Positions 1 through 18,092 of a DNA stretch of 35,946 nucleotides are shown piece after piece; the stretch's first letter is position 1; each line of letters opens with the position of its first letter. Below the pieces are notes generated by a model. It did no database searches and was not told the DNA's origin. It worked only from the letters and a program-made list of their open reading frames with translations. The position numbers and the translations under genes were made by a program. The stretch comes from Eledone cirrhosa (Eukaryota): assembly GCA_964016885.1 (NCBI GenBank), contig CAXHJY010000034.1:1-35946 (forward strand). The letters run 5' to 3'.

Positions 1-120
1 TGAATTACTACAGCTGATTGGTTTAAGCGTCACGGCTGGTTGAGCATGCTAACGACCAATAGTCATATCCAACGTATCAATTGTTTTGCTTTTTGAAATG
101 ATGAAAATAGCATTTTCTAT

Positions 121-220
121 TAATCATCACCATCAACATCACTTTTATTATTATTATCATTATTGTTGCTGTTGTTGTTGTTGTTGTTAGTGGTCGTGGT
201 AATAGTGGTAGTAGAAGTAA
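121..220. repeat. Mixed trinucleotide low-complexity tract (CAT/TAT/TGT/TAG) just 3' of the PLE stop codon
   Basis: catcaccatcaacatc, (tat)n, (tgt)n, ggtagtagaagt visible directly. Confidence 0.8.
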
Positions 221-235
221 TACCCCTAGGCGTTA

Positions 236-2551
236 TTATTGTTCATTTAGCTTGGGTTTGAATTTATCAATAAAATTCTTTTCTTTGATTTTTCTCTTGA
301 TTTCACTTGGGCTGTGTAATTTGTAGAATGGGAATATTATAAATATTCCCTGACCACATGTTGCCAGGTGGCCGCTTAGGGGTATCTGACGGACATTTGG
401 GTCTCTGATTTGTTGACGGTGTACCCGTGCACGTTCCGATAGTGCATTTCCAGTTTGACCGACATATAGTTCTTCACAATTCGGGCATTTAATGCAGTAA
501 ATTAGATTTCTGCTTTTGCAGTTCATATTTGCATTTGGGAATATTTTTCCAGTTTTTGTTTTCATATATTGACCGGCGTGTATGGATTGACATGTGCCGC
601 ATAGATTATCATTGCATTTAGATACAGTGAATGATTGGTCTTTGTTGTTAAGGTCAAACTTTGCTTTTGTTAGCAATTGCTTCAAAATGTTTGGCCGTCT
701 TTTACTAAGAGTCAAAGATCGATCTGTGATTAAGCCTTTTAATTCATTACTTTGAGCAATGATCGGTAGGTTTGCTTTGGCAGTGTTGAAGATATTCTGG
801 TGACATGGGTTGTGTGTCATTATAAATGGTATGACCAGTTCTTGGTTTCTTCTTCCTTGGGTTGTTCTAAGTTGTTGTATAGGTATTTTTATAGCCCGCT
901 GTATGCCATTTTCTATAAGTAGAGATGGGTATTTTTGTTTGAGCAAAAATTCTCTTAGTTCTGTTAGGCGTTTGTACCTGGTATTCGTATCTTCTACAAT
1001 GGTACAAATTCTTCTGGCTACAAATTCTTCTGGGATGTTGCGTTTTGTATGAGGTGGATGGCACGACTTAAAATTCAGATATTGATGGGTGTCTGTGTGT
1101 TTATAATATATATCCGTGGTAATGGTGGTGTCGTTTTTGATTATCATTATATCTAGGAATGGTAATTTGGTCCTACTCATCTCTTTTGTGAATTGGAGAG
1201 ATGGGTGTAGGTTATTCAGGAGGATATTGAACTCATCCAGAGTATCTAGAGATTCTGTCCAGATGATGAAACAGTCGTCAAGGTATCTCTTCCAAGATTT
1301 TTCAATGTACTTTCTAAAGTCAGTACTATATTTTTCCTCTATTTCTTGGTAGAGTTGTTGTTCTAAGTATCCCATTACAGAGTTCGCGTAAACGGGAGCA
1401 AACTTCGTTCCCATCGCTGTGCCTCTAATTTGGATGTAATTCTTTCCATTGAAGAAGAAAGTGTTGTTTTCCAGAATAAGTTTAACTGCGTCTAATATAA
1501 ATGGCGCTGTGAATCTAATGGGAATCACTTCTCTATGTTTTTCCACCCAGTATTTAACCGCCTTTATTCCTAAATCTTGTGTAATGTTGGTGTAAAGGCT
1601 TACCACATCAAAACTGAGTAGAAGTGAATTCGTTTCCGTGGTTTTGGGAAGATGGGACAGGAAGTCGATATCATCCCGGATGAAACTGGATATGTGAATA
1701 CATAGTGGTTTCAAAATAATGTCAACAAAATTGCTTAGACGGTGAGTGGGGCATGTTGGACCAGCTATAATAGGTCTAAGTTTTAAGTCTTTTGGGTGTA
1801 ATAATTTAATGTACTCACTGTTTTGTTCTCTTACTGCCAGTTGTATTTCTTTTGACTTGTGAACTTTCGGTAGGCCATACAGGTTGCTGGGTTTCGGCTC
1901 AAAATTGGTGATGTAGTCTCTTTCCTTATCAGTAAATGAGTTGTGGTATTTTGAAGCCAGGTTGTTGATCTTCTTCATGATGTTGTGGTCTATATTTGAC
2001 GGTATTTCATGATAGAATGTTGTGTCTTTCAGTTGTTCCTCAACCAAATCCTTGTAGTATTCAGTATCCATTATAACAACTGCACCCCCTTTATCTGCTT
2101 GTTTAATTATTATTGTTTTATCATTTTGTATACGTTTAAGTGCAGACATTTCTGATTTGTTAATGTTTGGCCTAACATTAGTATTATGTCTAAGAGGAAA
2201 TTTAGACAGGATGTCAATGTATTGGTCGAGATAGATATTTCTTCCTTTTGGCGGAGTGAAATTTGATTTATTCTTTACTAGTGATTCATCACTCTCATTA
2301 TTTTTATCAGCGAAGAATTCTACAAGACGTAATTTTCGACATAATTCTTGGGTATCCTCCTTCAGTTCTTGATGGTTGACTGTTGGAGTCGGTGTGAATT
2401 TCAGTCCTTTTGACAGAATTTGCATTTCATCATTGTCAAGATCTCTTTTAGATAAATTAATTATTTTAGGATCTACGTGTACAGCTGTTTTGGGTATGTT
2501 TCCTCCTGGAGTTTTTCTTTTTCCGGTTTTTGTTGTCCTGACGTTAAAAAA
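236..2551 (-). CDS. PLE reverse transcriptase + GIY-YIG endonuclease (ORF2); frame is open upstream of the annotated ATG at 2425 to a TGA at 2567-2569
   Basis: Motifs IINLSK..ILSKGLKFTP, IIKQADKGGAVV, LYGLPKVHK, LRPII, SFDVVSLYTNI, GTAMGTKFAP, RYLDDCF, LPFLD, SCHP, linker CNDNLCGTC, NLIYCIKCPNCEELYVGQT...R...H. Confidence 0.93.
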   Translation of the reverse strand, partial: FFNVRTTKTGKRKTPGGNIPKTAVHVDPKIINLSKRDLDNDEMQILSKGLKFTPTPTVNHQELKEDTQELCRKLRLVEFFADKNNESDESLVKNKSNFTPPKGRNIYLDQYIDILSKFPLRHNTNVRPNINKSEMSALKRIQNDKTIIIKQADKGGAVVIMDTEYYKDLVEEQLKDTTFYHEIPSNIDHNIMKKINNLASKYHNSFTDKERDYITNFEPKPSNLYGLPKVHKSKEIQLAVREQNSEYIKLLHPKDLKLRPIIAGPTCPTHRLSNFVDIILKPLCIHISSFIRDDIDFLSHLPKTTETNSLLLSFDVVSLYTNITQDLGIKAVKYWVEKHREVIPIRFTAPFILDAVKLILENNTFFFNGKNYIQIRGTAMGTKFAPVYANSVMGYLEQQLYQEIEEKYSTDFRKYIEKSWKRYLDDCFIIWTESLDTLDEFNILLNNLHPSLQFTKEMSRTKLPFLDIMIIKNDTTITTDIYYKHTDTHQYLNFKSCHPPHTKRNIPEEFVARRICTIVEDTNTRYKRLTELREFLLKQKYPSLLIENGIQRAIKIPIQQLRTTQGRRNQELVIPFIMTHNPCHQNIFNTAKANLPIIAQSNELKGLITDRSLTLSKRRPNILKQLLTKAKFDLNNKDQSFTVSKCNDNLCGTCQSIHAGQYMKTKTGKIFPNANMNCKSRNLIYCIKCPNCEELYVGQTGNALSERARVHRQQIRDPNVRQIPLSGHLATCGQGIFIIFPFYKLHSPSEIKRKIKEKNFIDKFKPKLNEQ
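2545..2551 (-). promoter_or_regulatory. Candidate -1 ribosomal frameshift heptamer T_TTT_TTA (PLE family 1)
   Basis: ORF1 codons CAT TTT TTA; a -1 shift enters the RT frame, which opens only 15 nt upstream. Confidence 0.6.
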
Positions 2552-3401
2552 TGAATTTTTCTCTGTTCAGGATTTATATTCCTGTTGGTGTTCGCTTGAT
2601 GAACTTTTGGTCGTGATATTATATTTGGTTTCGTTATGTATTTTGTCTTATTTTTGGTATTCTGTATATTATTTTTCTTCCTGTTAGCATTATTTTTAAC
2701 AATCTGGGAAAATGACCTAGGTTTGCTTTCAGGTTTAGATCGTTTTTTCGTCCAGTTTCTTGTGGGCAATCTCTGTTGAGATCTTGAGAGTGATCTGGTT
2801 ATTCTACGTTTTGTTTCCACATTCCTTGTTGGTAGTCTCTGTTGAGATCTTGAGAATGATCTCCTGGTTTTACTACTTCTCATGGTCTGGTCAAAGGAAT
2901 ACCTATCGTGTTTGTGCTTTTTGTTCATGTTGTGTGCGATAGGGTGTTTTTGTAGAAAAAGCGAAGAGTTATTACCGTAGTTCTTCTTTGATTCAAGGTA
3001 AGGTGAGTGTTTGTGTTGGCACGTGTTCTGGCGTATGTTGTGTTGATGAGATTGTCCACTTTTAATGCTTTTTCTCAGAGTTCCAGAGTCTTTACCGTAA
3101 TTTGCAGCATATTCATCGAGAAATAATTGTTTCTGCTGCCATACCTTTCTTGATTTGTTTTCTTCTTTTGAGATATCTCCGATCCATAGCGATCGTTAGC
3201 TTTGAAATTTCAACTTCAATTTGGTCATCAATAGCTTCATATTTGGCTTTGTAGCGGGATTGTTTACATTCAGAAATGGAGATGTCGGTCCTGAATTTTG
3301 TCAATGTAAGTTCCCATCGGAGTTTTGTTTCTTGTTCTGGTTCTCCTGCAATTTCTGTAATTAGGTATTTACGAGGGAGTATGGGTGCCGTTAGAGAGAG
3401 C

Positions 3402-4310
<909 letters not shown>

Positions 4311-5097
4311 TGGACAGGAATTTTGTAAATTATGTAATGTAGAATTATTTTGTATTATGAAATCCAAAAACATTTTATTAAATAACAGAATAGAGCGATC
4401 GTTATACTGTAACCATCGCTTAAAATCTACATTTTCATATTTTAAATACTACCAGGATTGAACGCCTGTCTCTATCTCCGTTTGATTGTCAAAATAGATA
4501 TTAACATTCTTTATTAGTCTTAATTCTATCAACTCTTCTATTATTTACCTTTTAATACAAACTGCTATAGATAAAATGAGATTTCTGATTTCTTGATTCA
4601 ATTCCCTAATGCATATACCAGCTGGCTACTAGCATTGATGTTATTTAGTAGCAATCGAAATCTCCCCTTCCCCAATTGACACTTTATAATTAATACTACT
4701 GCACCAAATGACCAGCCCTGTCCACTGTCCAATTGGTCAAGTAGAGATTAAAATTGGCACTCCCAAAATTCTTATTTAGATTTACTCATGGTATTCTCAT
4801 TAGAAACCCATTATATACTTGTTTAGCAGTAAATTAATTTACCATCTGTCATATACTATCCCCTCTTTTTCTTCCTCTATTACTAATATAAATACTTCAA
4901 TTTTTCTGATTTTATCCAATTTATCCAAAATCTCTGAAGAAGTGACAACGGATTATACATTTGCTATCGAATACTTGCTAACATTATATGATTACGCAAG
5001 CAGCGATACATAGGTATTCCGTCTGTTACAGAAACATATGTCAATACCTAATAAATTACTTTTTAACAAAAGCACTTTCATTTTATATTCATCCTTT

Positions 5098-6627
<1,530 letters not shown>

Positions 6628-6773
6628 TGTTATACTTTGGGAGGGTCATGTTGCCAATAAGAAACACACGCACCAGTTGCTTTCACTTCAATTTATTATA
6701 TATTTATAAATTTATAAATTTATAAATAAATTTCTGGTTGGTTGGTTCCACAACCAGATAGTTGTTTATATAT

Positions 6774-6818
6774 AGTCATAGTTCTTTCGTCACACACTCT
6801 GTGACCTCTTCAGTGACT
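6774..6818 (-). ncRNA. Minimal type I hammerhead ribozyme in the family B pseudo-LTR
   Basis: Minus strand: agtca CTGAAGA g gtcaca-gagtg-tgtgac GAAA gaac TA tgact; helix I 5 bp, helix II 6 bp, minimal helix III, cleavage triplet CUA. Confidence 0.8.
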
Positions 6819-6864
6819 GGGGATTCCTTTCTTTGTTTCTGTGCCTCTCCTTTGTTCTGTCCTA

Positions 6865-6913
6865 CGCCATTTTGTTTCTGTGTGTGTGTTGTGTGCTCAG
6901 TCTGCGCATGCGC
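6865..6913 (-). promoter_or_regulatory. Putative pseudo-LTR promoter module: GCGCATGCGCA (NRF1-like) and AAAATGGCG (YY1-like)
   Basis: Both motifs recur in the same order in all four A/B pseudo-LTRs although surrounding sequence is poorly alignable between families. Confidence 0.45.
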
Positions 6914-7018
6914 CACATCCGGGTGTCTGTGTGTGTTTATGTTCATTTATTTATTTGTTTATTTACATGTTACTGGTTGGTTGTTTGTTCTATGTGTGTG
7001 TGTGTTTTCATTTTATCC

Positions 7019-7790
7019 TTAATTGTAAGTTGTGATGTTGCTGTTCCACTCATATTTTCTATTTAATTTTGGTTGTAATCCTTTTATGTTTATTGCCTCT
7101 GTAATTTGTCTAAACATTGCGTCTTTTCTGTGTGTAGATTCTATTTTTATTTCTATGTTCTCTAATTTACCCTTGTGTTCTATCTTAGCATGTTGGTAGA
7201 GTACAGATGATTCTTTATTATCTTGAAGGTCTCGCCAGTGTTCATTTATCCGTTCCCCTACACTACGAGCTGTCTCACCTATGTACACTATATTTTTGTC
7301 TCTACATTGTCCTTCAGTACATCTTATGCTATACACTACATTTCTAGTTTTACAGTTAATATGGGAGCTTATTTTACATGTTATACATTTCTTATCTATA
7401 CATGAGGGTCTTTGAAAAGGGTATGTCTTGCTAATAAGTGTTTTTACGGAGGTACCTGGTCTTTCTACTATCTTAATATTGAGTTTATGTTTATTTAGGG
7501 CCCTTCTAAATTTGTAATCTAATTCACCTCTAGGGGTTGTATCGATGAACATTACACTCTGGTATTTATTGCTATCATACCATGAGTTTATTCTATTGGC
7601 CTTGTTCTAGTTCTTTCTATTCTATTCCAAAATTTGCTCCTATACAAGGGGCAGGTCCCATTTATGTCATTATTTACCATTTTTTCCCATTTGGTTCTGG
7701 CTCCTCTATACACTCTGATTTTGTCTCTCTGATTGTAGCCAGAGAACTGCATACGGTGGATGAAGTGTTGTATGTGTCTCTCTAGTTCTG
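7019..7790 (-). pseudogene. Truncated PLE ORF: GIY-YIG endonuclease domain (7019-7552) plus frameshifted upstream RT remnant
   Basis: Track ORF 7019-7552; upstream reads [23 protein letters not shown], matching [23 protein letters not shown] of PLE A. Confidence 0.88.
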
Positions 7791-9380
<1,590 letters not shown>

Positions 9381-9482
9381 CAGCAACAACAGCAGCTACA
9401 ACGGCAACAACAACAACAGCTACAACAGCAACAACAACAACAACGACAACAACAGTGTGAACCACTCCTTGATTCATCAACA

Positions 9483-10247
9483 ATGGCCGATCTACTAAAT
9501 GAAACTATTGAGCCCCCAGTAGCCTCTGTCTCACAGCATGAACCGCCACATCCTTTCTGTGGCCTAGCAGTCCAATCATCACCACTGCCAACATCTCTGC
9601 CTACTACTACTACTACTACTACAACATTTTTGTCTACTGCTATGTCAAGGAATTTACCTTCTAATACCAGAACAAGAACTCTCCCTCCCACAGTCCACAA
9701 AGGTCGTCAAATCCTACCCAAACCATCATCTACACCTCTCACAACACCCACACCCACATACCCACCCACTCGAAACCCCATCATTTGCCGCTACTCTCTA
9801 CGCTATAGAATATGTACGGATAGTGGCTGCAAATTCACCCATTTACCCAGGACAAAACGATCTATCCCCACAAACAGCCACCACCATAATACATACTCTA
9901 ATTTAACACCAACACAACCACCAATAACTCAAACAAGGAATCCACAAATCTGCCGCTTTTCCCTGCGAGACAGATTGTGTTTAGACCGGGATTGTCCCTT
10001 TACCCATCTCCCGGGGACCCGTCGGACAAATGAAAATAAAATTAAAAATAAAAGCAAAAACAAAAACCATAACCTACATAAAAATAACCACTACCACAGT
10101 CACCAACAGTCTTCTAAACAGGAAACTTCTTCCTCTTTTTTAGCCATAATGAATCTGGCAAAAGAACTGGAAAAAAACATTCGAGCTATCACCCAGCACC
10201 ACCCTCCACTATCACCCCACTGCACAAACTCCCATTGCTGCCATTAA
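9483..10247 (+). CDS. LINE ORF1 (or its C-terminal part): Pro/Thr-rich with two C-x8-C-x4-C-x3-H zinc fingers
   Basis: [19 protein letters not shown] and [19 protein letters not shown]; first ATG outside the array is at 9483; frame is also open through the CAA/CAG run 9381-9454, so the start is uncertain. Confidence 0.7.
   Translation: MADLLNETIEPPVASVSQHEPPHPFCGLAVQSSPLPTSLPTTTTTTTTFLSTAMSRNLPSNTRTRTLPPTVHKGRQILPKPSSTPLTTPTPTYPPTRNPIICRYSLRYRICTDSGCKFTHLPRTKRSIPTNSHHHNTYSNLTPTQPPITQTRNPQICRFSLRDRLCLDRDCPFTHLPGTRRTNENKIKNKSKNKNHNLHKNNHYHSHQQSSKQETSSSFLAIMNLAKELEKNIRAITQHHPPLSPHCTNSHCCH
10136..10142 (+). promoter_or_regulatory. Candidate -1 ribosomal frameshift heptamer T_TTT_TTA (LINE ORF1/ORF2 overlap)
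   Basis: ORF1 codons TCT TTT TTA; ORF2 is in the -1 frame, bounded by TAA at 10115-10117, and has no ATG before the first APE motifs. Confidence 0.65.
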
Positions 10248-13200
10248 CAAACAAACAAATTAACAACACACCAAAACAATTAAAACCATCCACTCTCGCC
10301 TCTACATTTTTGCTTAACGCCCAAGGCATCAGCCCTTCCACCAATACTCAAAAATGGAAGATCAAATTCCTGGAGGACTGGATTGATGTCCATCCAAACC
10401 ACATCCCTTTCTTCGTCCTCACTGAAACCCATCTCAGTAACCTCCACTTGGAAGCCGAGGTGAAAGTGAAAAATTTCAAAGCCATCCGTGCTGATCGCGC
10501 TGGCAGAAGAAAGGGCGGAACTGCCATTTATGTCCATAATTCTTTCTCAACAGAGGCTATGAACATATTCACTAATGGATACTGTGAGGCAGTCACTGTA
10601 TTCAGTCAAACCAACAACCTATTAGTAGTTGGGCTCTATAGGCCACCCCAAACGCCTGTACCATGCTTCAAGGAATGCCTCAACAGCATAAAGTGTTTCA
10701 TCCAAGAGTGTCACCCTGACAACATCTTAATGATGGGGGACTTCAACCTCCCCGGAGTTGACTGGTCCACAAACACCCTGCCACCGGGTTCTTCTGCCTC
10801 AACCTCTGACAGGGAAGCTGTGGAATCGCTTCTTGACTTCATGGATGATTTCTTCCTATCCCAACTAGTGCTCGAACCAACGAGGTGCCACAAAAACGTC
10901 CTAGACTTAATTTTCAGCAATCACACTGACAATATCCACAATATTGCAGTGGAGAAAACTCTACTCTCTGATCATGACATGGTTCTCTGTGATCTGAGAT
11001 TCCACCGTCCAATATACAAACCCAATGTCATCTCTCCTGTCCATCCGTTTGACGCTATGGATTTCCACAATGCAAACTGGGAAGCGATCAGTCATGATCT
11101 TGCACATGTCGACTGGTCCTTCACGCACACTCATACACCCACTAACATCAAAAAGTCCTGGCAGACATTTGTGGACACTGTTACAAACATATGTGCTAAA
11201 CACACCCCATTAAGAACTATAAACAAATCTAAGAGCAGAATCCCTAGAAATAGAAAAACGCTCATCAGAAAATTTAAGAGAACGAACAAAAAAATCAACA
11301 AGCTGAAATACTGTCAGCAGCAACACATCAACTTGACTGCCATTTCATCACTAGAGATTAAAAAACATAACCTCCAAAACAACATAATGTCCCTCATCAA
11401 CAATCAGAGAAGAGCTGAAGAGGCCTGGGCCATTGAGAAGATCAAACTCAATCCCAAAGTGTTCTTTTCATTTGCAAAAAAACACAAAATCACTGGCTCT
11501 ACTGTTGGCCCTCTAATTGATGAAAATGGCACTCTTCAAGACAATGCTAAAACTATGGGTGAGATACTGCAGAAACAATACTGCTCTGTTTTCAGCAATC
11601 CTGATATGGCCGATCTGGGCTGTATCGGCGATGTTACTCCCCATTACACCTTATCGGACATAACGTTTGGCGCCCCTGATGTCTTGGCGGCAATAAAGGA
11701 AATCAAGCATAATTCAGCAGTAGGTCCCGATAGGTTCCCTGCTTGTGTCCTGAAGGCGTGTCAACACCAACTTGCTTCTCCTCTTGCCAATCTGTGGCGG
11801 AACTCACTGGATGCTGGATATGTGCCAGAAAACCTTCTATCCCAGTCTGTTGTCCCAGTTTTCAAAAAGGGAAACAAATCCCTTGCCGTGAATTACCGTC
11901 CAATCTCACTCACCTCTCATATCATTAAGGTATTTGAGCGAGTGGTGAGATCGCGAATGACCCACTTCCTTGAGAGTAACAATATGCTGAACTCCAACCA
12001 GCATGGATTCCGTAATGGAAGGGATTGCCTGACGCAACTACTGCATCACTTTGATGACATTTTGAGAGCCTTGGGAGAGGGTTCCAACACTGATGTTATC
12101 TACCTTGATTTCAGCAAGGCCTTTGACAGGGTTGATCATAACATTCTACTGAGAAAGCTGTCCAATATTGGTGTCACTGGAAAGCTGCTGCAGTGGATCA
12201 AGAGCTTCCTGTCAAACAGAACCCAACATGTTGTAGTTGAGGGAGTCAAATCAAGCCCAGCCAAAGTCAGTAGTGGAGTCCCACAAGGCACTGTGTTGGG
12301 CCCACTTCTCTTCATCATCTATATTAATGACATCACTGACATCATCAAACACAGCAACATTAAAATTTTCGCTGATGATTCCAAGCTCCAAAAGGTCATC
12401 AATGGCGTGGATGACCGGATAAGCCTTCAGTCAGACCTACTGGCTGTTACCCAATGGGCAGAAAAGAACAACATGTTACTGAACGAGGACAAATTCGAAC
12501 TGATCCACTTTGGAAAAGAGGATGCTCTGAAACTCCCGTACTCCCTTCCCTCCGGGGAAACTCTCGTGGCATCTAACAACATCAGAGACTTGGGAGTAAC
12601 CGTGGACAGCAACATAAGCTGGACCACGCATATAAGCAGCAAAGTTGACATGGCCCGCAGAATGTGTTCCTGGATCCTCAGAACCTTCCAGTCGAGAGAT
12701 TCCCGCACCATTATCCTTCTCTTCTCTACTTTCGCCCGACCACACCTTGAATACTGTTGTCCACTGTGGTCTCCCCACACGAAACAAAGTATCATGAAAC
12801 TTGAAGCTCCTCAAAGGGCAATCACGAAAAAGATAGATGGCATGTCAGACCTTGACTACTGGGGTCGATTGGAAAACCTGAAACTTTACTCACTCCAACG
12901 TCGCCGTGAGCGTTATATTATCTGCATGATGTGGAAAATGTTCCATCATCACTGCCCAAATGATGTTGGCATCGCCTTCAAGATACACCCAAGGCTTGGG
13001 CCCCGTGCTATCCGTCCCATTCAAAAATCTAAATCGCAACTCATAACAACAATACGGCACAATTATTTCACCTCAATCGGCCCTGCTCTCTTCAACATCA
13101 CACCAGGACACGTCAAAACAGAAACTGACCACTCAAAATTCAAGAAGTCTTTGGACAAATTCCTCCAAGTAATCCCGGACAAACCACCCACACCCGGATA

Positions 13201-13255
13201 TGTCTCCGCAAACAGTAATTCTCTTCTCGAATGGGCCATGGGGCCCAAATCCTGA
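10136..13255 (+). CDS. LINE ORF2: apurinic-like endonuclease + reverse transcriptase, uninterrupted
   Basis: APE motifs [50 protein letters not shown]; RT motifs [49 protein letters not shown]; CR1-like C-terminus [13 protein letters not shown] and [10 protein letters not shown]. Frame is open from 10118; start given at the slippery site. Confidence 0.95.
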   Translation, partial: FFSHNESGKRTGKKHSSYHPAPPSTITPLHKLPLLPLTNKQINNTPKQLKPSTLASTFLLNAQGISPSTNTQKWKIKFLEDWIDVHPNHIPFFVLTETHLSNLHLEAEVKVKNFKAIRADRAGRRKGGTAIYVHNSFSTEAMNIFTNGYCEAVTVFSQTNNLLVVGLYRPPQTPVPCFKECLNSIKCFIQECHPDNILMMGDFNLPGVDWSTNTLPPGSSASTSDREAVESLLDFMDDFFLSQLVLEPTRCHKNVLDLIFSNHTDNIHNIAVEKTLLSDHDMVLCDLRFHRPIYKPNVISPVHPFDAMDFHNANWEAISHDLAHVDWSFTHTHTPTNIKKSWQTFVDTVTNICAKHTPLRTINKSKSRIPRNRKTLIRKFKRTNKKINKLKYCQQQHINLTAISSLEIKKHNLQNNIMSLINNQRRAEEAWAIEKIKLNPKVFFSFAKKHKITGSTVGPLIDENGTLQDNAKTMGEILQKQYCSVFSNPDMADLGCIGDVTPHYTLSDITFGAPDVLAAIKEIKHNSAVGPDRFPACVLKACQHQLASPLANLWRNSLDAGYVPENLLSQSVVPVFKKGNKSLAVNYRPISLTSHIIKVFERVVRSRMTHFLESNNMLNSNQHGFRNGRDCLTQLLHHFDDILRALGEGSNTDVIYLDFSKAFDRVDHNILLRKLSNIGVTGKLLQWIKSFLSNRTQHVVVEGVKSSPAKVSSGVPQGTVLGPLLFIIYINDITDIIKHSNIKIFADDSKLQKVINGVDDRISLQSDLLAVTQWAEKNNMLLNEDKFELIHFGKEDALKLPYSLPSGETLVASNNIRDLGVTVDSNISWTTHISSKVDMARRMCSWILRTFQSRDSRTIILLFSTFARPHLEYCCPLWSPHTKQSIMKLEAPQRAITKKIDGMSDLDYWGRLENLKLYSLQRRRERYIICMMWKMFHHHCPNDVGIAFKIHPRLGPRAIRPIQKSKSQLITTIRHNYFTSIGPALFNITPGHVKTETDHSKFKKSLDKFLQVIPDKPPTPGYVSANSNSLLEWAMGPKS

Positions 13256-13322
13256 ATTGAAAGACTTCGCCAGGTGGTGCTATTAAGTTAGACATGGCCT
13301 GGGCCAATACTGGCCAAAACAT

Positions 13323-13342
13323 TTCAAAGTTATTCAAAGTTA
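13323..13342 (+). repeat. LINE 3' terminal tandem repeat (TTCAAAGTTA)2
   Basis: ttcaaagtta ttcaaagtta followed directly by tatatatg. Confidence 0.85.
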
Positions 13343-17492
<4,150 letters not shown>

Positions 17493-17496
<4 letters not shown>

Positions 17497-18092
17497 CTTG
17501 GGGAGGGTCATATTTGCGTAATATTGCCAGAATTAATAACAGAACACACTCACTGTTTGGTTGGTTTTCGCTTCTCTCTGTCTTTTATATCTGCGATCTA
17601 ACTTACTCGGTCCTCAACGTTACCATTGACTGACCGGCGGTCAAAAATAATACAGATACAATATAGACACAAACACATATATATATATATAGTTTACATA
17701 ATTTACATAAATCTTTCGTTGCACATCTGCAACATCGTCAGTGGTGTTATATTCATTGTTCCTCCTGTTGTGTTGTATGTCTACGCCATTTTTTATTCAG
17801 TCTGTCTATATATTTATTTATTTGCCTATTTGTTTATCTTATTTTATTTTGTCTTCTTTGCGCATGCGTTTGCGTGTGTGTATAGTGTTATGTGTGATGT
17901 GTGACTAGTGTGTATAGTGTTGTGTCTGCTGGGTGATTAGTGTGTGTTTATGTGCTTGTTGTTATTGTGCTTGTGTATGTATTTATTTATTTATCTTATT
18001 TTATTTAATTTTATTCTTTCTGTTTAGCTTTGGTCTTCTAATTTCTATTTCACTGGCCTCTCTGATTTGCCTATCTGCTGGGTCATTCCTAT
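17493..18092 (-). repeat. 3' pseudo-LTR of PLE A (last codons of EN, UTR, first codons of the ORF)
   Basis: Direct repeat of about 21617-22265 with a few substitutions and indels. Confidence 0.93.
17696..17752 (-). ncRNA. Hammerhead ribozyme-like motif, PLE A 3' pseudo-LTR
   Basis: Minus strand: atataa cac ca CTGACGA t gttgca-gatg-tgcaac GAAA gatt TA tg taaa ttatgt; intact core, 6-bp helix II, same position as in family B, but only 2 bp in proximal helix I. Confidence 0.6.

Larger units (their letters stand above)
9381..13342 (+). mobile_element. Non-LTR retrotransposon (LINE), CR1 group, inserted in the TA array; 5' end possibly truncated
   Basis: ORF1 with two CCCH fingers, overlapping APE-RT ORF2, short 3' UTR ending in (TTCAAAGTTA)2 with no poly-A. 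Confidence 0.92.

Noticed and set aside
1003-1033. 15-bp direct repeat tacaaattcttctgg in the family 1 RT
   Set aside because: Likely a local slippage lesion that keeps the frame; no sign of function.
4934-4975. CTGAAGA as a possible hammerhead core in the unique region
   Set aside because: No properly placed GAAA or helix II/III pairing follows.
12372-12378. CTGATGA inside the LINE
   Set aside because: It is the ADD codons of the RT catalytic motif, without hammerhead helices.
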